Shown: piece after piece, positions 18,321-27,557 of the stretch
Layout of the letters: every line of letters begins with the position of its first letter
Numbering within the stretch: position 1 is the first letter of the stretch
NCBI GenBank assembly: GCA_035651635.1
Contig: DASRFK010000085.1
Span: forward strand, 34,728-98,727
Source of the DNA: Verrucomicrobiia bacterium
GTDB lineage: Bacteria > Verrucomicrobiota > Verrucomicrobiia > Limisphaerales > UBA8199
Length of the DNA: 64,000 nt
Direction: 5' to 3'
Notes under the pieces: generated by a model
What the model was told of the DNA's origin: nothing
Databases searched by the model: none
What the model saw: the letters and a program-made list of their open reading frames with translations, nothing else
Position numbers and translations under genes: made by a program

Positions 18321-19301
18321 ATGAGAGCGGCGGCGATTGATGGCTTTGGCCCTCCATCGGTCCTCACGCTCCATAAACTTCCCGTACCCGAGCCGGCCCG
18401 GAACGAAGTTCTAATTCAGCTCTACGCCGCAGGCGTGGGGGTCTGGGATGCCGATATACGCGGGGGCTGGTGGCCCGAGGATGCGGAACCGCCCAGCTTC
18501 CCGCTGGTGCTGGGAACCGACGGGGCGGGCTTGGTCGCAAAGACGGGCGCGGATGTGCACAACTTCCACCCGGGTGATCGCGTTTGGGCCTATGAGTTCC
18601 TTAACCCGAAAGGCGGGTTTTACGCGGAGTACGTTGCGGTGAACGCCGAGCATGTGGCGTTGGTGCCGAAGCGGCTCGATCTCTTGCAGGCCGGGGCTGC
18701 GGCCGTGACCGGGCTGACGGCGGTGCAAGGGATTGAATCTCACTTGCGTGTGCGGGCGATCGATACCGTTTTGATTTTCGGAGCCTCCGGGGCTGTGGGA
18801 TCGCTCGCGGTTCAATTCGCGAAAAGTCACGATGCTCGCGTAATTGGGACCGGTCGCGACCCGGAAGCCAGAGCGTTGGTCGAGCAACTCGGCGCAGACT
18901 TCGTATTCGATCCGAAGCGAGATGACGCCGCCGAACAGGTCAGGAGGTTCGCCTCGAATGGGATCGACGCTGTTCTTGCCCTGGCCGGAGGAGAATCGTT
19001 GCAGCGGCTCTTGACTTTGGTCCGACCGGGCGGGCGGGTGGCGTATCCCAATGGGGTCGAGCCGGAGCCTGAAACACCGCGAAACATCGAGCTTATTCCT
19101 TATGACGCGCAGGCGAGCCCGCGCGAGTTCGACCGGTTGAACCATGCGGTAGACCGGGCCAAGGTCCGCGTTCCGCTCGAGGGTGTTCGCCCCTTGCAGG
19201 AAGCAGACAAAGCGCACGAGCGAATCGAAAGGGGCCACGTGATCGGCCGCATAGCGCTGAGAATCCGTAAGGCCAAAGAGTTGCGTGAAGCATCGAAGTG
19301 A
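18321..19301 (+). CDS. NADPH:quinone oxidoreductase / zinc-type alcohol dehydrogenase superfamily (MDR)
   Basis: Start moved to ATG 18321 (MRAAAIDGFGPPSVLTLHKLPVPEP...). Nucleotide-binding VLIFGASGAVGSLAVQFAK. Confidence 0.85.
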   Translation: MRAAAIDGFGPPSVLTLHKLPVPEPARNEVLIQLYAAGVGVWDADIRGGWWPEDAEPPSFPLVLGTDGAGLVAKTGADVHNFHPGDRVWAYEFLNPKGGFYAEYVAVNAEHVALVPKRLDLLQAGAAAVTGLTAVQGIESHLRVRAIDTVLIFGASGAVGSLAVQFAKSHDARVIGTGRDPEARALVEQLGADFVFDPKRDDAAEQVRRFASNGIDAVLALAGGESLQRLLTLVRPGGRVAYPNGVEPEPETPRNIELIPYDAQASPREFDRLNHAVDRAKVRVPLEGVRPLQEADKAHERIERGHVIGRIALRIRKAKELREASK

Positions 19302-19343
19302 AAAAAGACCTATGGAACGCAGCAAATCGGCAAGAGGAAGGCC

Positions 19344-20207
19344 ATGATCGCCGGCACGAAGATTAAGACCTTGCGATTGCCCTCGGGTCGAGACATTCCC
19401 ATGCTCGGTCAAGGCACGTGGCGCATGGGAGAGGACCGCGCCAAGCGAGGAGAGGAGCTCGCGGCCCTTCGTGAGGGTCTGGATCTTGGCCTGGCCCTGA
19501 TTGATACGGCGGAGATGTACGGCGAAGGCGAGGCGGAACGATTGGTGGGCGAGGCCATCGCAGGCCGCCGGGACGAGGTGTTCCTCGTCAGCAAAGTTTA
19601 TCCCCACCACGCGACGCTAAGCGGCGCCCCGGCCGCATGCCGCCGCAGCCTGCAACGGCTTGGGACGGACTATCTCGATTTGTATCTCCTGCACTGGCGT
19701 GGGGCGGTGCCGGTCGCGGAGAGCCTCGCGGCATTCCAGGCCCTCAAGGCAGCCGGAGCGATTCGCGATTACGGCGTCAGTAACTTCGACCTCGACGACC
19801 TTGAAGAGGCCTGGGATTTGCCTGGCGGCGAGGGAATCGTAACGAATCAGGTCCTGTACAACCTTGCCCAGCGCGGCATTGAGTGGGATCTGCTGCCCTG
19901 GTGCCACGACCGTGGCATTCCCATCATGGCTTACTCGCCCGTAGGTCACGCGTCCCGGGAGCAAAAGGCCATCTTCACCAACCCCTCCCTGCGGCAAATC
20001 GCCGCCGAGCACAAGGCAACACCGGCACAGGTTGCACTCGCCTGGTTGCTGCACCAGGGCACGGTTGCCGTCCCCAAGGCCAGCAACGCCGAACACGTCC
20101 GTCAGAACCGTGCCGCTTTGGATCTCTGCCTAACTAAACACGACCTCAAGGAGTTGGATCGTGCCTTTCCGCCTCCCTCTCGGAAGGTCCCGCTCGCCAC
20201 GAGATAA
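19344..20207 (+). CDS. aldo/keto reductase (diketogulonate-reductase-like)
   Basis: GQGTWRMGE, IDTAEMYGEGEAERLVGEAI, LDLYLLHWR, GVSNF, PKASNAEHVRQN. Confidence 0.9.
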   Translation: MIAGTKIKTLRLPSGRDIPMLGQGTWRMGEDRAKRGEELAALREGLDLGLALIDTAEMYGEGEAERLVGEAIAGRRDEVFLVSKVYPHHATLSGAPAACRRSLQRLGTDYLDLYLLHWRGAVPVAESLAAFQALKAAGAIRDYGVSNFDLDDLEEAWDLPGGEGIVTNQVLYNLAQRGIEWDLLPWCHDRGIPIMAYSPVGHASREQKAIFTNPSLRQIAAEHKATPAQVALAWLLHQGTVAVPKASNAEHVRQNRAALDLCLTKHDLKELDRAFPPPSRKVPLATR

Positions 20208-20414
20208 TGCAGTTTTAGTTAGGTAGAGAGTGCGCGCTGTGAGCGCCATCTCTGCCTTCCTGAATGGTGGTGACGAAGGTTTGACAATTTGGCGGTGGAC
20301 TGACAGCGACGCCCCATCTACCGCCGGTCCAGCCGGGGAACGAGAAACAGTTTAGCGTCACAATACCTTAACCGACAAAGCTCTCCCGAAACGACTTGTT
20401 CGCCCCAGCGAAGT

Positions 20415-20430
20415 TGGAACGCGATGTGCA
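20415..20430 (+). promoter_or_regulatory. candidate sigma54 (-24/-12) promoter
   Basis: TGGAACGCGATGTGCA against consensus TGGCACG-N4-TTGCW. GG and GC are at the canonical 12-nt register. It lies ~40 nt upstream of ATG 20470. Confidence 0.4.
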
Positions 20431-20469
20431 ACCAGTAATCTCGAAATGGTATAAACACAGGAATAATCA

Positions 20470-21042
20470 ATGAGCACAACGACTACAGTTCCATCAGGAA
20501 AAACACAAAGCCAAACGGTTCGTGCGGTCAATGAGTCCGTGGTGGCGGTTTACAAAACCCATCGCGAGGCTGAAGATGCCGTTCGGAAACTTGAGCGGGC
20601 GGGCATCCCCATCCGAAAGGTCTCGATCATTGGCCGAGATTTCCAGCTTCGCGAGGATGTTCAAGGTTACTATCGTCCATCCGATGCGGCCAAGGAAGGC
20701 GCGGGATTTGGGGCTTGGGTAGGCGGGTTATTCGGAATGCTGATGGGATTCGGTTTGTTTGTGTTTCCCGTGGCTGGGACGCTGGTGGTCCTCGGCCCAT
20801 TGGCCGGGCTGGTCGCCGGAGCGATTAGCGGCGCCGGAATTGGCGCCCTGGTGCACGCGCTGGTTGCTTTGGGTATGTCCAAGGAGCAGGCCTTGAAATA
20901 TCAAGAACGCCTTCAGGCAGGCGAGTTCCTGGTCAGCGTTGTAGGAACACCAGAGGAGATCGAAAGCGCCCGCAGCGTGCTCGAGGGCACGGCTAGCACC
21001 GAGGTTCAAACCTTCAAGGCCACGCAACAACCTGCCGCCTAA
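20470..21042 (+). CDS. membrane stress protein with general-stress-17M/YflT-like soluble domains and a glycine-zipper TM core
   Basis: N-terminal VVAVYKTHREAEDAVRKLERAGIPIRKVSIIGRD. Central G/A-rich TM region GFGAWVGGLFGMLMGFGLFVFPVAGTLVVLGPLAGLVAGAISGAGIGAL. C-terminal SKEQALKYQERLQAGEFLVSV. Family call is tentative. Confidence 0.55.
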   Translation: MSTTTTVPSGKTQSQTVRAVNESVVAVYKTHREAEDAVRKLERAGIPIRKVSIIGRDFQLREDVQGYYRPSDAAKEGAGFGAWVGGLFGMLMGFGLFVFPVAGTLVVLGPLAGLVAGAISGAGIGALVHALVALGMSKEQALKYQERLQAGEFLVSVVGTPEEIESARSVLEGTASTEVQTFKATQQPAA

Positions 21043-21172
21043 GTAGAAATCGGGGACCAGAAGTGTTTCTGCGCTATGGCGCTGATTTCTGTAATGCCCT
21101 GCCAATCGGCGGGCCGCAATGCGAATTCAAAGAGCGGCAGAGTCAACGGCCTTTGCTAAAGACTCCAGGGTT

Positions 21173-22132
21173 ATGTCGGCACCGACTCCAGCTCAGGAAG
21201 TAGTCAATTTCCTGCCAAAGAACCTCCTGGTCCCTACTGACTTTTCCGCCGAGTCGCACAAAGCCCTCAACTACGCGCGGGCATTTGTCGAGCGATTCGC
21301 AAGCGCGGTCCACCTCGTGCACATCGTCGAACCAATGCCCGTCGTGGCTGGCATCGAAGTGGCTCCGATGCCGCTCGAGTATCCGAAGGAATTGGGGACC
21401 TTCGAGCGCAAGCTCGCGGAGTTGGCAAAGGAGTTTTCTCCGGGATCGGTTGGCCGCACGATTGTGCGCGAAGGATCGCCCGTTGACGACATCGTCTCCG
21501 TCGCCAAAGAGCTGCGCACCGATCTAATTATCATCTCAAGTCACGGGCATAGTGGTATTCGGCATGTTCTCTTCGGCAGCACTGCCGAAGGTGTGGTCCG
21601 AAGAGCCCCTTGCCCCGTCCTGGTTTTGCGCCCTCAGGAACGCGAGTTTGTCGAGACCGCGAAAACCACGGAAAAACGGGCCACTTTTAGCCTAAAGACC
21701 ATTTTGGTCCCGATTGATTTTTCTGAGGGCTCTCGACGTGCCTTGGGTTACGCGATTGCTTTTGCGCGGCAGCTTGGAGCGAAGCTCATTTGCCTGCATG
21801 TGCTTGAGGTTATGACTTATACAGATCCGGACACGACACTCGCCGCCCAGATCCAGATGCTCAGGAAAAGCCTGTTCGAGACGACCGAGCGTACCCTGGA
21901 GGGCTTTTTGAAAGAACAGAGTGCGCAACTGCCGCGGGAGAACATTCTGACGTTCAGCTCGGCGCCGCGCGAGATCATCCAAATTGCGGAAGACCGAAGG
22001 GCCGATGTAATCCTGCTGGCCGCCCACGGACAACAAGCCGGTCCGGGCCGCTTTCTGCTGGGAAGCACGGCCGAACGCGTGCTCCGTCACGCTCCTTGTC
22101 CGGTTTTGATTGTCAAAGAAAGCGAATCATAA
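21173..22132 (+). CDS. tandem universal stress protein (two UspA domains)
   Basis: Start moved to ATG 21173. Domain 1: LLVPTDFSAES...DLIIISSHGHSGIRHVLFGSTAEGVVRRAPCPVLVL. Domain 2: ILVPIDFSEGS...DVILLAAHG...FLLGSTAERVLRHAPCPVLIV. Confidence 0.9.
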   Translation: MSAPTPAQEVVNFLPKNLLVPTDFSAESHKALNYARAFVERFASAVHLVHIVEPMPVVAGIEVAPMPLEYPKELGTFERKLAELAKEFSPGSVGRTIVREGSPVDDIVSVAKELRTDLIIISSHGHSGIRHVLFGSTAEGVVRRAPCPVLVLRPQEREFVETAKTTEKRATFSLKTILVPIDFSEGSRRALGYAIAFARQLGAKLICLHVLEVMTYTDPDTTLAAQIQMLRKSLFETTERTLEGFLKEQSAQLPRENILTFSSAPREIIQIAEDRRADVILLAAHGQQAGPGRFLLGSTAERVLRHAPCPVLIVKESES

Positions 22133-22194
22133 GCTTTAACATTTCGTTACAGCTCAGGAAGCCTTTGAAATGCTCGATCTAGCACGCCCTCTTT

Positions 22195-24660
22195 TCATCC
22201 GCCGCTCTTCTCATCCGCCACGCTACCAGCGCTCTTTGCCTCAAGCGCCGCCGCCAACACCTGGTCGACCGTTTCGCTGAGCACAAACGCCAGCTTCTCT
22301 TTCACCTCGGCCGGCACATCCGGAAGATCCTTCTCGTTCAGCTTGGGGATGATCACAGTTTTTACTCCAGCCCGCTCCGCCGCGAGGGTTTTCTCCTTAA
22401 GGCCGCCGATGGGCAACACCAGGCCGCGCAGAGTGACCTCGCCGGTCATGGCGACCTCGGAGCGCACCGGTGTGTTGCTGAAGAGCGAAGCTATGGCGGT
22501 GAACATCGCGACACCAGCGGAAGGTCCGTCTTTAGGCACCGCGCCGGCCGGAACATGAATGTGAAGATCGGTGTCTTTGAAGACAGCCGGGTCGATGTTC
22601 AACTCACGCGCGCGGCTTTTGACAAGGCTGAGGGCGGCCTGCGCGCTCTCTTTCATCACGTCGCCGATTTGACCCGTCAGAAGTATCCCGCCTTTGCCAG
22701 GGTAGCGCAGGGCTTCGATATGAAGGATTTCTCCGCCGGCCGGCGTCCAGGCCAACCCGGTAACGACTCCCGGTCTGCTCGTTTGAAGCTTGGTTTCACG
22801 GATGTACTTCGGCGGACCGAGAATGTTCTGCACGAGGTCCGGGCTGATGTGGATGTGGGTGGTCTCGCCTTTGGCAAAACGCGCGGCGATGGCCCGGCAA
22901 ACTGCGCCGATCCGGCGTTCGAGTTCGCGCACGCCCGCTTCGTGGGTGTAATCGCTGATGATTTTGGCCAAGGCGTCCGGTTCGAATTGACATTGCTCCG
23001 GAGTAAGCCCGTGCTCCTGGAGTTGGCGCACGACGAGATACCGCCGGGCGATTTCGAGTTTTTCCCGATACGTGTAGCCGCTGATCTCAATCACTTCCAG
23101 GCGGTCCAGCAAAGCCGGGGGCACGGGGTCCATCGAATTCGCGGTCGCGATAAAAATGATTTGAGACAGATCAAACGGAACATCCAGGTAATGGTCGACA
23201 AAGCCGTGATTCTGGCGCGGGTCGAGCACTTCAAGAAGGGCGCTGGCCGGGTCACCGCGGAAGTCGGCCCCCAGCTTGTCGATTTCGTCGAGCATCATCA
23301 CGGGATTGCGCGTGCCGGCCCGACGGAGTTCCTGAATGATCCGCCCCGGCATCGAGCCAATGTACGTGCGGCGGTGGCCCCGTATTTCTCCTTCGTCACG
23401 GACCCCACCCAGGCTTAAACGGACAAATTTTCGTCCAAGCGCGTCGGCAATCGACTGGCCGAGGCTGGTTTTGCCTACACCCGGAGGGCCGAGGAAGCAA
23501 AGGATGGGGCCGTGGCCGGTCGGATTGAGTTTGCGCACCGCTAGATATTCGATGAGCCGCCGTTTGACTTTCTCCAGGTCAAAATGGTCGCGGTCGAGGA
23601 TTTGCCGGGCGCGCTCGAGGTCGAGATTGTCCTCGGTGAGTTTGCTCCAAGGCAATTCAGCGATCGTCTCAACGTAACTGATGATAACGGAGAATTCGGG
23701 GCTGGCCGGATGCAGATGAGCCAGGCGGCGCAACTCGCGCTCGGCTTGCTCCATGACTTGTTTGGGTGGCAGAGCTGCCTTGAGCCGTTCGCGGAGTTCG
23801 GCGACCTGCTGTTGAGCGCCGTCTTCGCCCTCCCCGAGTTCCCTCTGGATGGCTTTGAGTTGCTCGCGCAGAAAGGCGCGACGCTCGGCGTCGGTGAACT
23901 TGGCCGCCACATCCTTTTGGATTTTCTGCTGGAGTTGTGCAATTTCGAGCTGGGCGGAAACGCGCACCAGGATTTCCCGGACTCGCTTGACAACGTCGAG
24001 CTCTCCGAGCAGGTCCAGCTTCTGTTGTGTGTCGAGGGTCAGGCTGCTGGCGAGGAAATCGGAAAGCCGGCCGGTATCTTCGAGGTTGAGCAGGAGGGCG
24101 CGGGCCTGTTCCGAAGCCTCCGGCGTCAAATCGATGAGTTTTAGAGCAGATTCGCGCAGTTGCTGCACGGTGGCTTCGAATTGCTTGTCATTGTTTGGCG
24201 GCGGGATGGAATGGAGCACCTCGACTTCAGCGCGAATAAACGGATGGGTGTTCAGGACATTGCGGATGGCGATGCGCTCCAGGACGTTGATGACGATGAT
24301 GATCTCGTCTTGGGAATGACGAATGAGCTTGAGCACGGAAGCTGCCACGCCCACCCGGTGCAGGTCGTGGGGGTCGGGATTGTCGAGCGCGGGGTTCTTT
24401 TGCGTGAAGGCCCCGATGATTTTGTTTTGCGGCAGAGATTCTTCAATCAATTTGCGAGAAGCCGCCCGGCCAATGGTCAAAGGCAAGACGGTGCCGGGAA
24501 AAAGAACGGTATCCCTTATCGGCAAAATGGGCAGCGTGTCGGGAATGGCGGGTACGCTGTCGCCGAGCGAGTGACCTTCGGGGGTAGCGATTTTCTCCGG
24601 TTGAGTCCGCGCCGGCTCGGCGCTGTTGGGCCTGGCAGAAATAGTCGAACCGGCACTCAT
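22195..24660 (-). CDS. lon: ATP-dependent Lon protease
   Basis: 821 aa. LON N-domain [14 protein letters not shown], Walker [10 protein letters not shown], Walker B MMLDEIDK, protease Ser context [11 protein letters not shown]. Confidence 0.95.
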   Translation of the reverse strand: MSAGSTISARPNSAEPARTQPEKIATPEGHSLGDSVPAIPDTLPILPIRDTVLFPGTVLPLTIGRAASRKLIEESLPQNKIIGAFTQKNPALDNPDPHDLHRVGVAASVLKLIRHSQDEIIIVINVLERIAIRNVLNTHPFIRAEVEVLHSIPPPNNDKQFEATVQQLRESALKLIDLTPEASEQARALLLNLEDTGRLSDFLASSLTLDTQQKLDLLGELDVVKRVREILVRVSAQLEIAQLQQKIQKDVAAKFTDAERRAFLREQLKAIQRELGEGEDGAQQQVAELRERLKAALPPKQVMEQAERELRRLAHLHPASPEFSVIISYVETIAELPWSKLTEDNLDLERARQILDRDHFDLEKVKRRLIEYLAVRKLNPTGHGPILCFLGPPGVGKTSLGQSIADALGRKFVRLSLGGVRDEGEIRGHRRTYIGSMPGRIIQELRRAGTRNPVMMLDEIDKLGADFRGDPASALLEVLDPRQNHGFVDHYLDVPFDLSQIIFIATANSMDPVPPALLDRLEVIEISGYTYREKLEIARRYLVVRQLQEHGLTPEQCQFEPDALAKIISDYTHEAGVRELERRIGAVCRAIAARFAKGETTHIHISPDLVQNILGPPKYIRETKLQTSRPGVVTGLAWTPAGGEILHIEALRYPGKGGILLTGQIGDVMKESAQAALSLVKSRARELNIDPAVFKDTDLHIHVPAGAVPKDGPSAGVAMFTAIASLFSNTPVRSEVAMTGEVTLRGLVLPIGGLKEKTLAAERAGVKTVIIPKLNEKDLPDVPAEVKEKLAFVLSETVDQVLAAALEAKSAGSVADEKSGG

Positions 24661-24724
24661 AGCTTGAAGAAAGGGCTAATGGCGGACTGAGAACGCGGGT
24701 CAAGTTTCATAAAAAATGGGTTGG

Positions 24725-25141
24725 TCATGAGTGCTCCTGTAAGGGCAAATGAATCCAAAGCAAACCGTCGCGCTGCTCGGCCCTGACTCGCTTGGGATCC
24801 ACTTCTTCGGGCAAATCAACCACACGCCCGAAGGCTCCATAGTTGATTTCCATCGCCATTACCTTTATGGCCTGGTACGGGTCGTCGCAGGGAGGCTCGG
24901 GTGGCGGACGCGTGCCCGAAATGAGCAATCGATAGGGCTCGGTCCGCACAGCGAGGGTGTGCCTTTCCACGCCTGCCAGGTCCACGCAGATAACAAAGCA
25001 ATCCAGGCAGCGGTAGGCATTGATCGCCGGCCGCCAATGGTCTGGAGCGCCGAAACTACTGAAATGGACCCGCGTCAACTGGAAGGCGATCTCGCCTAAC
25101 TCACGTTCCAGGCGTTCGAGGTGACGGAAAGGGTCGTTCAT
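24725..25141 (-). CDS. Hsp20-family small heat-shock protein (divergent)
   Basis: 138 aa. WRPAINAYRCLDCFVICVDLAGVERHTLAVRTEPYRLLISGTR...YGAFGRVVDLPEEVDPKRVRAEQRDGLLWIHLP. Confidence 0.75.
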   Translation of the reverse strand: MNDPFRHLERLERELGEIAFQLTRVHFSSFGAPDHWRPAINAYRCLDCFVICVDLAGVERHTLAVRTEPYRLLISGTRPPPEPPCDDPYQAIKVMAMEINYGAFGRVVDLPEEVDPKRVRAEQRDGLLWIHLPLQEHS

Positions 25142-25157
25142 ATTTTTGTTTTGCCGG

Positions 25158-25484
25158 TTACTGACGAAGCCAGCGCGCCTCGGCCTGCAGACGCTCCACC
25201 TCGTTCATCAGGCTCAGGATCATTCTCACGCCCTGCAGGTTAATGTCGCAGGTATGGTGGAGGTACTCGATGCGGCGCAGCGTTCGGATACCCTCTTCGT
25301 TAAAATAAAAACCGTGGTTGGCCGGATCGACGACCGGGGACACCAAACGGTATTTGCAAAACACGGCAATCCGGCGACGCGGAACGTGAGCCAGACGCTC
25401 TGCCGCTTCAATCGTGTAAACCGCATCCGGGTCCGGTTCGAAAACCTGGATCGCTCCGTCAGGATTCTCTTGTGTTCGAGTCAT
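25158..25484 (-). CDS. MerR-superfamily HTH protein, CbpM/HspR-like chaperone modulator
   Basis: 108 aa. YTIEAAERLAHVPRRRIAVFCKYRLVSP......FYFNEEGIRTLRRIEYL.....INLQGVRMILSL. It lies in a cbpA-containing operon. Confidence 0.6.
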   Translation of the reverse strand: MTRTQENPDGAIQVFEPDPDAVYTIEAAERLAHVPRRRIAVFCKYRLVSPVVDPANHGFYFNEEGIRTLRRIEYLHHTCDINLQGVRMILSLMNEVERLQAEARWLRQ

Positions 25485-25504
25485 GGTCTTCTCCTCGCTT
25501 TAGA

Positions 25505-25975
25505 TTATCTGTTGGTTTCCTCGATGAATTGGCGCATGGCTTGAGCGGGCATCGCTCCCGACCGGCGCGCGACCTCGACTCCGCCTCGGAACAAGACCAT
25601 GGTTGGAATGCCAGAGATGCGGAAGCGCCGCGCGAGATCGGGCAACACTTCCGTATTAACTTTGGCGACGATCCATCGGCCGAGGCCGGCGACCTTTTCC
25701 AGTTCCGGCGCTACCATCTTGCAGGGCCCGCACCATTCGGCCCAGAAGTCGACGAGCACCGGCAGCGCCGAACGACTCGTCAGGGCTTCAAAGTGGGCGG
25801 CGCTTTTTACGTCAATCGGTTGATGTGGCGGACTGAGCTCGGTTTGGCAATTACTGCAGCGGAATGTTGCCCCTAGCTTTTCGTAGCTCATCCGGTTGCG
25901 TTTGCCGCATTTAGGGCATTCCAGGACGAGTCCCCGATCGTCCAGTTCGATACTGGTTTCGATAGTCGCATTCAT
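25505..25975 (-). CDS. trxC: thioredoxin with N-terminal zinc-finger (Trx2/TrxC type)
   Basis: Start moved to ATG 25975 (GGAGGA Shine-Dalgarno). CPKCGKRNR...CSNCQTEL followed by DFWAEWCGPCKMVAPE. Confidence 0.8.
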   Translation of the reverse strand: MNATIETSIELDDRGLVLECPKCGKRNRMSYEKLGATFRCSNCQTELSPPHQPIDVKSAAHFEALTSRSALPVLVDFWAEWCGPCKMVAPELEKVAGLGRWIVAKVNTEVLPDLARRFRISGIPTMVLFRGGVEVARRSGAMPAQAMRQFIEETNR

Positions 25976-26053
25976 ATTATCCTCCATTCTAAGATACGGC
26001 GTAAACGGCCGCGCACAACCGTCGCGCAATATTGCGGCTTATGAGACAGCGCC

Positions 26054-27046
26054 TCACGTGGCCTGTCGCGGGTTAAAGCGCGAGATCTTGCTCAACCTCT
26101 CCCACTCCTCTCGTTCTTCGTCGGTGATTTGCTTGGGTACTTGGATTTTGACGACCACATAAAGGTCTCCACGTTCGCGACTCGGGCCTCTGGGCAGACC
26201 TCGTCGACGGACGCGAAACTGTTGTCCGCTGCTCGTTCCCGGCGGGATTCGCAGATTAACCCGCCCGTCGAGTGCCGGCACGGTCACCGTTGTGCCGAGG
26301 ACGGCTTCCCAGGGCGCCACCTCCAGGTCATAGTAAAGGTCCTCGCCGTGCACGCGAAAATCCGGATGCGCCGCGTAACGCACATGAAGAAAGAGGTCGC
26401 CGGCTCCTGCTCCACCCGCACCTTCACCACCTTTCCCGGGCACGCGGATGGTTTGGCCGTCGCGCACCCCGACGGGGATGCGTACTTTGAAAGTGTAAGT
26501 CTCGGTTTTTCCGGTTTGGGGATTCGTGCGTTGAAGCGAAATGCTGCGCACCGAACCATGCATCACTTCATCCAGAGTGACCAGGATGTCCCCTTCGATA
26601 TCCTGCCCGCGCGCCGCGCCGCGAGCCTGGGTAAATTCGTCCCGGTCGAAGCCGTTGCCGCCGAAATCGAAACCGCCACGCCCGCGCCGTCCGAACAGTT
26701 GCTCGAAGAACTCGCTGAATCCTGTGCCGCCGAACCGAAATTCGTAGGCTTGCTCGCCGTTGCCGGCGTGTCGGGTTTGGCCCTGCCAGTCGGGCGGGGG
26801 TCTAAACCCCTCGCCTTGCTTCCAGTTCGCGCCGTATTGATCGTATTTCTTGCGCTTCTCCGGATCGCTTAAAACTTCGTAAGCCTCGTTGATTTCCTTG
26901 AATTTCTCCTCGGCAGCTTTTTTGTCCTTGGCCACATCAGGATGGTACTGCCGGGCCAGCCTGCGGAAGGCCTTCTTAATGTCTTCATCGCTCGCGTTCC
27001 GCGGCAAGCCCAGGGTGGCGTAGTAATCTTTGAATTCAACCGGCAT
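26054..27046 (-). CDS. cbpA: DnaJ-class co-chaperone without Zn-finger (CbpA-like)
   Basis: J domain [34 protein letters not shown] region, two C-terminal beta domains, no CxxCxGxG repeats. Overlaps the grpE stop by 11 nt. Confidence 0.85.
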   Translation of the reverse strand: MPVEFKDYYATLGLPRNASDEDIKKAFRRLARQYHPDVAKDKKAAEEKFKEINEAYEVLSDPEKRKKYDQYGANWKQGEGFRPPPDWQGQTRHAGNGEQAYEFRFGGTGFSEFFEQLFGRRGRGGFDFGGNGFDRDEFTQARGAARGQDIEGDILVTLDEVMHGSVRSISLQRTNPQTGKTETYTFKVRIPVGVRDGQTIRVPGKGGEGAGGAGAGDLFLHVRYAAHPDFRVHGEDLYYDLEVAPWEAVLGTTVTVPALDGRVNLRIPPGTSSGQQFRVRRRGLPRGPSRERGDLYVVVKIQVPKQITDEEREEWERLSKISRFNPRQAT

Positions 27047-27557
27047 GGCTCAGATCGTTGACAACGACTTTAGCCGGGCGAAAAACCTCCCGACCACGAC
27101 GATAGCCGCGCTCGAAAACTTCCAGCACGCTATGGTCGGGTCGAGACGGATCGTGCGCGGCCCGCAACGCTTCGTGGCGATGCGGGTCAAAAGGCTGACC
27201 AAGGTCCTCCACAGGCTCGATGCCGTGACGGCGCAGCAGTTGCCGCAATTGCTGGAGGGTCATTTGAACGCCCTGACGAAGGTGCTCAGGCAGGCCGGCG
27301 GTGGCGAGGGCTCGCTCCAGGTTATCGATGACGGGCAGCAGGTCGCGAATGAATCCTTCCTTTTGGGCGGCCGCCCGTCGGTCAACCTCCTGGGCAGTGC
27401 GTTTACGGAAATTATCGAAATCTGCTGCCAGGCGCAGGTGACGGTCTTGGAGTTCAGCCAGTTCCTTTGCCTCCGCAGGCAGATCCTCCTGTGCTGTCGC
27501 GCGGCCGTTGGCAGAGCCGTCGCCATCGGCGGGTGTATCGTCTCGTGGTGCATTCAT
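27036..27557 (-). CDS. grpE: nucleotide exchange factor GrpE
   Basis: 173 aa. [62 protein letters not shown]. The start overlaps the upstream stop (ATGA). Confidence 0.9.
   Translation of the reverse strand: MNAPRDDTPADGDGSANGRATAQEDLPAEAKELAELQDRHLRLAADFDNFRKRTAQEVDRRAAAQKEGFIRDLLPVIDNLERALATAGLPEHLRQGVQMTLQQLRQLLRRHGIEPVEDLGQPFDPHRHEALRAAHDPSRPDHSVLEVFERGYRRGREVFRPAKVVVNDLSHAG

Noticed and set aside
18411-19610. 399-aa ORF on the minus strand spanning the quinone reductase and aldo/keto reductase genes
   Set aside because: It is antisense to two genes with clear family motifs. Its translation is Arg/Pro/Gly-rich with no recognisable motif, which marks it as a typical GC-rich shadow ORF. 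The same reasoning applies to 22555..23418, 23584..24144, 30579..31358, 31316..32206, 32016..32630, 44163..45143, 46036..46761, 52247..53107, 10712..11311, 6929..7651 and 12725..13327.
20321-20358. GGTCCAG half-site followed by TAGCGT upstream of the 20470 gene
   Set aside because: The left half of the palindrome is absent, and the distance to the -10-like box is 3 nt shorter than in the seven accepted copies. It is not counted as a regulon site.
23121-23160. Motif-like GGGGTCCATCGAATTCGCGGTCGCGATAAAAA inside lon (plus strand)
   Set aside because: It has only the right half-site, the -35/-10 spacing is wrong (11-12 nt), and it lies inside and antisense to a conserved coding segment (..[10 protein letters not shown]..) with nothing to transcribe.
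27195-27210. CTGACCAAGGTCCTCC inside grpE, resembling the palindrome
   Set aside because: It is in a coding region, antisense to the gene, imperfect in both halves, and lacks the CGAATT/-10 module. A similar case is GGGCCAAGGTCCG at ~19153 inside the quinone reductase gene.
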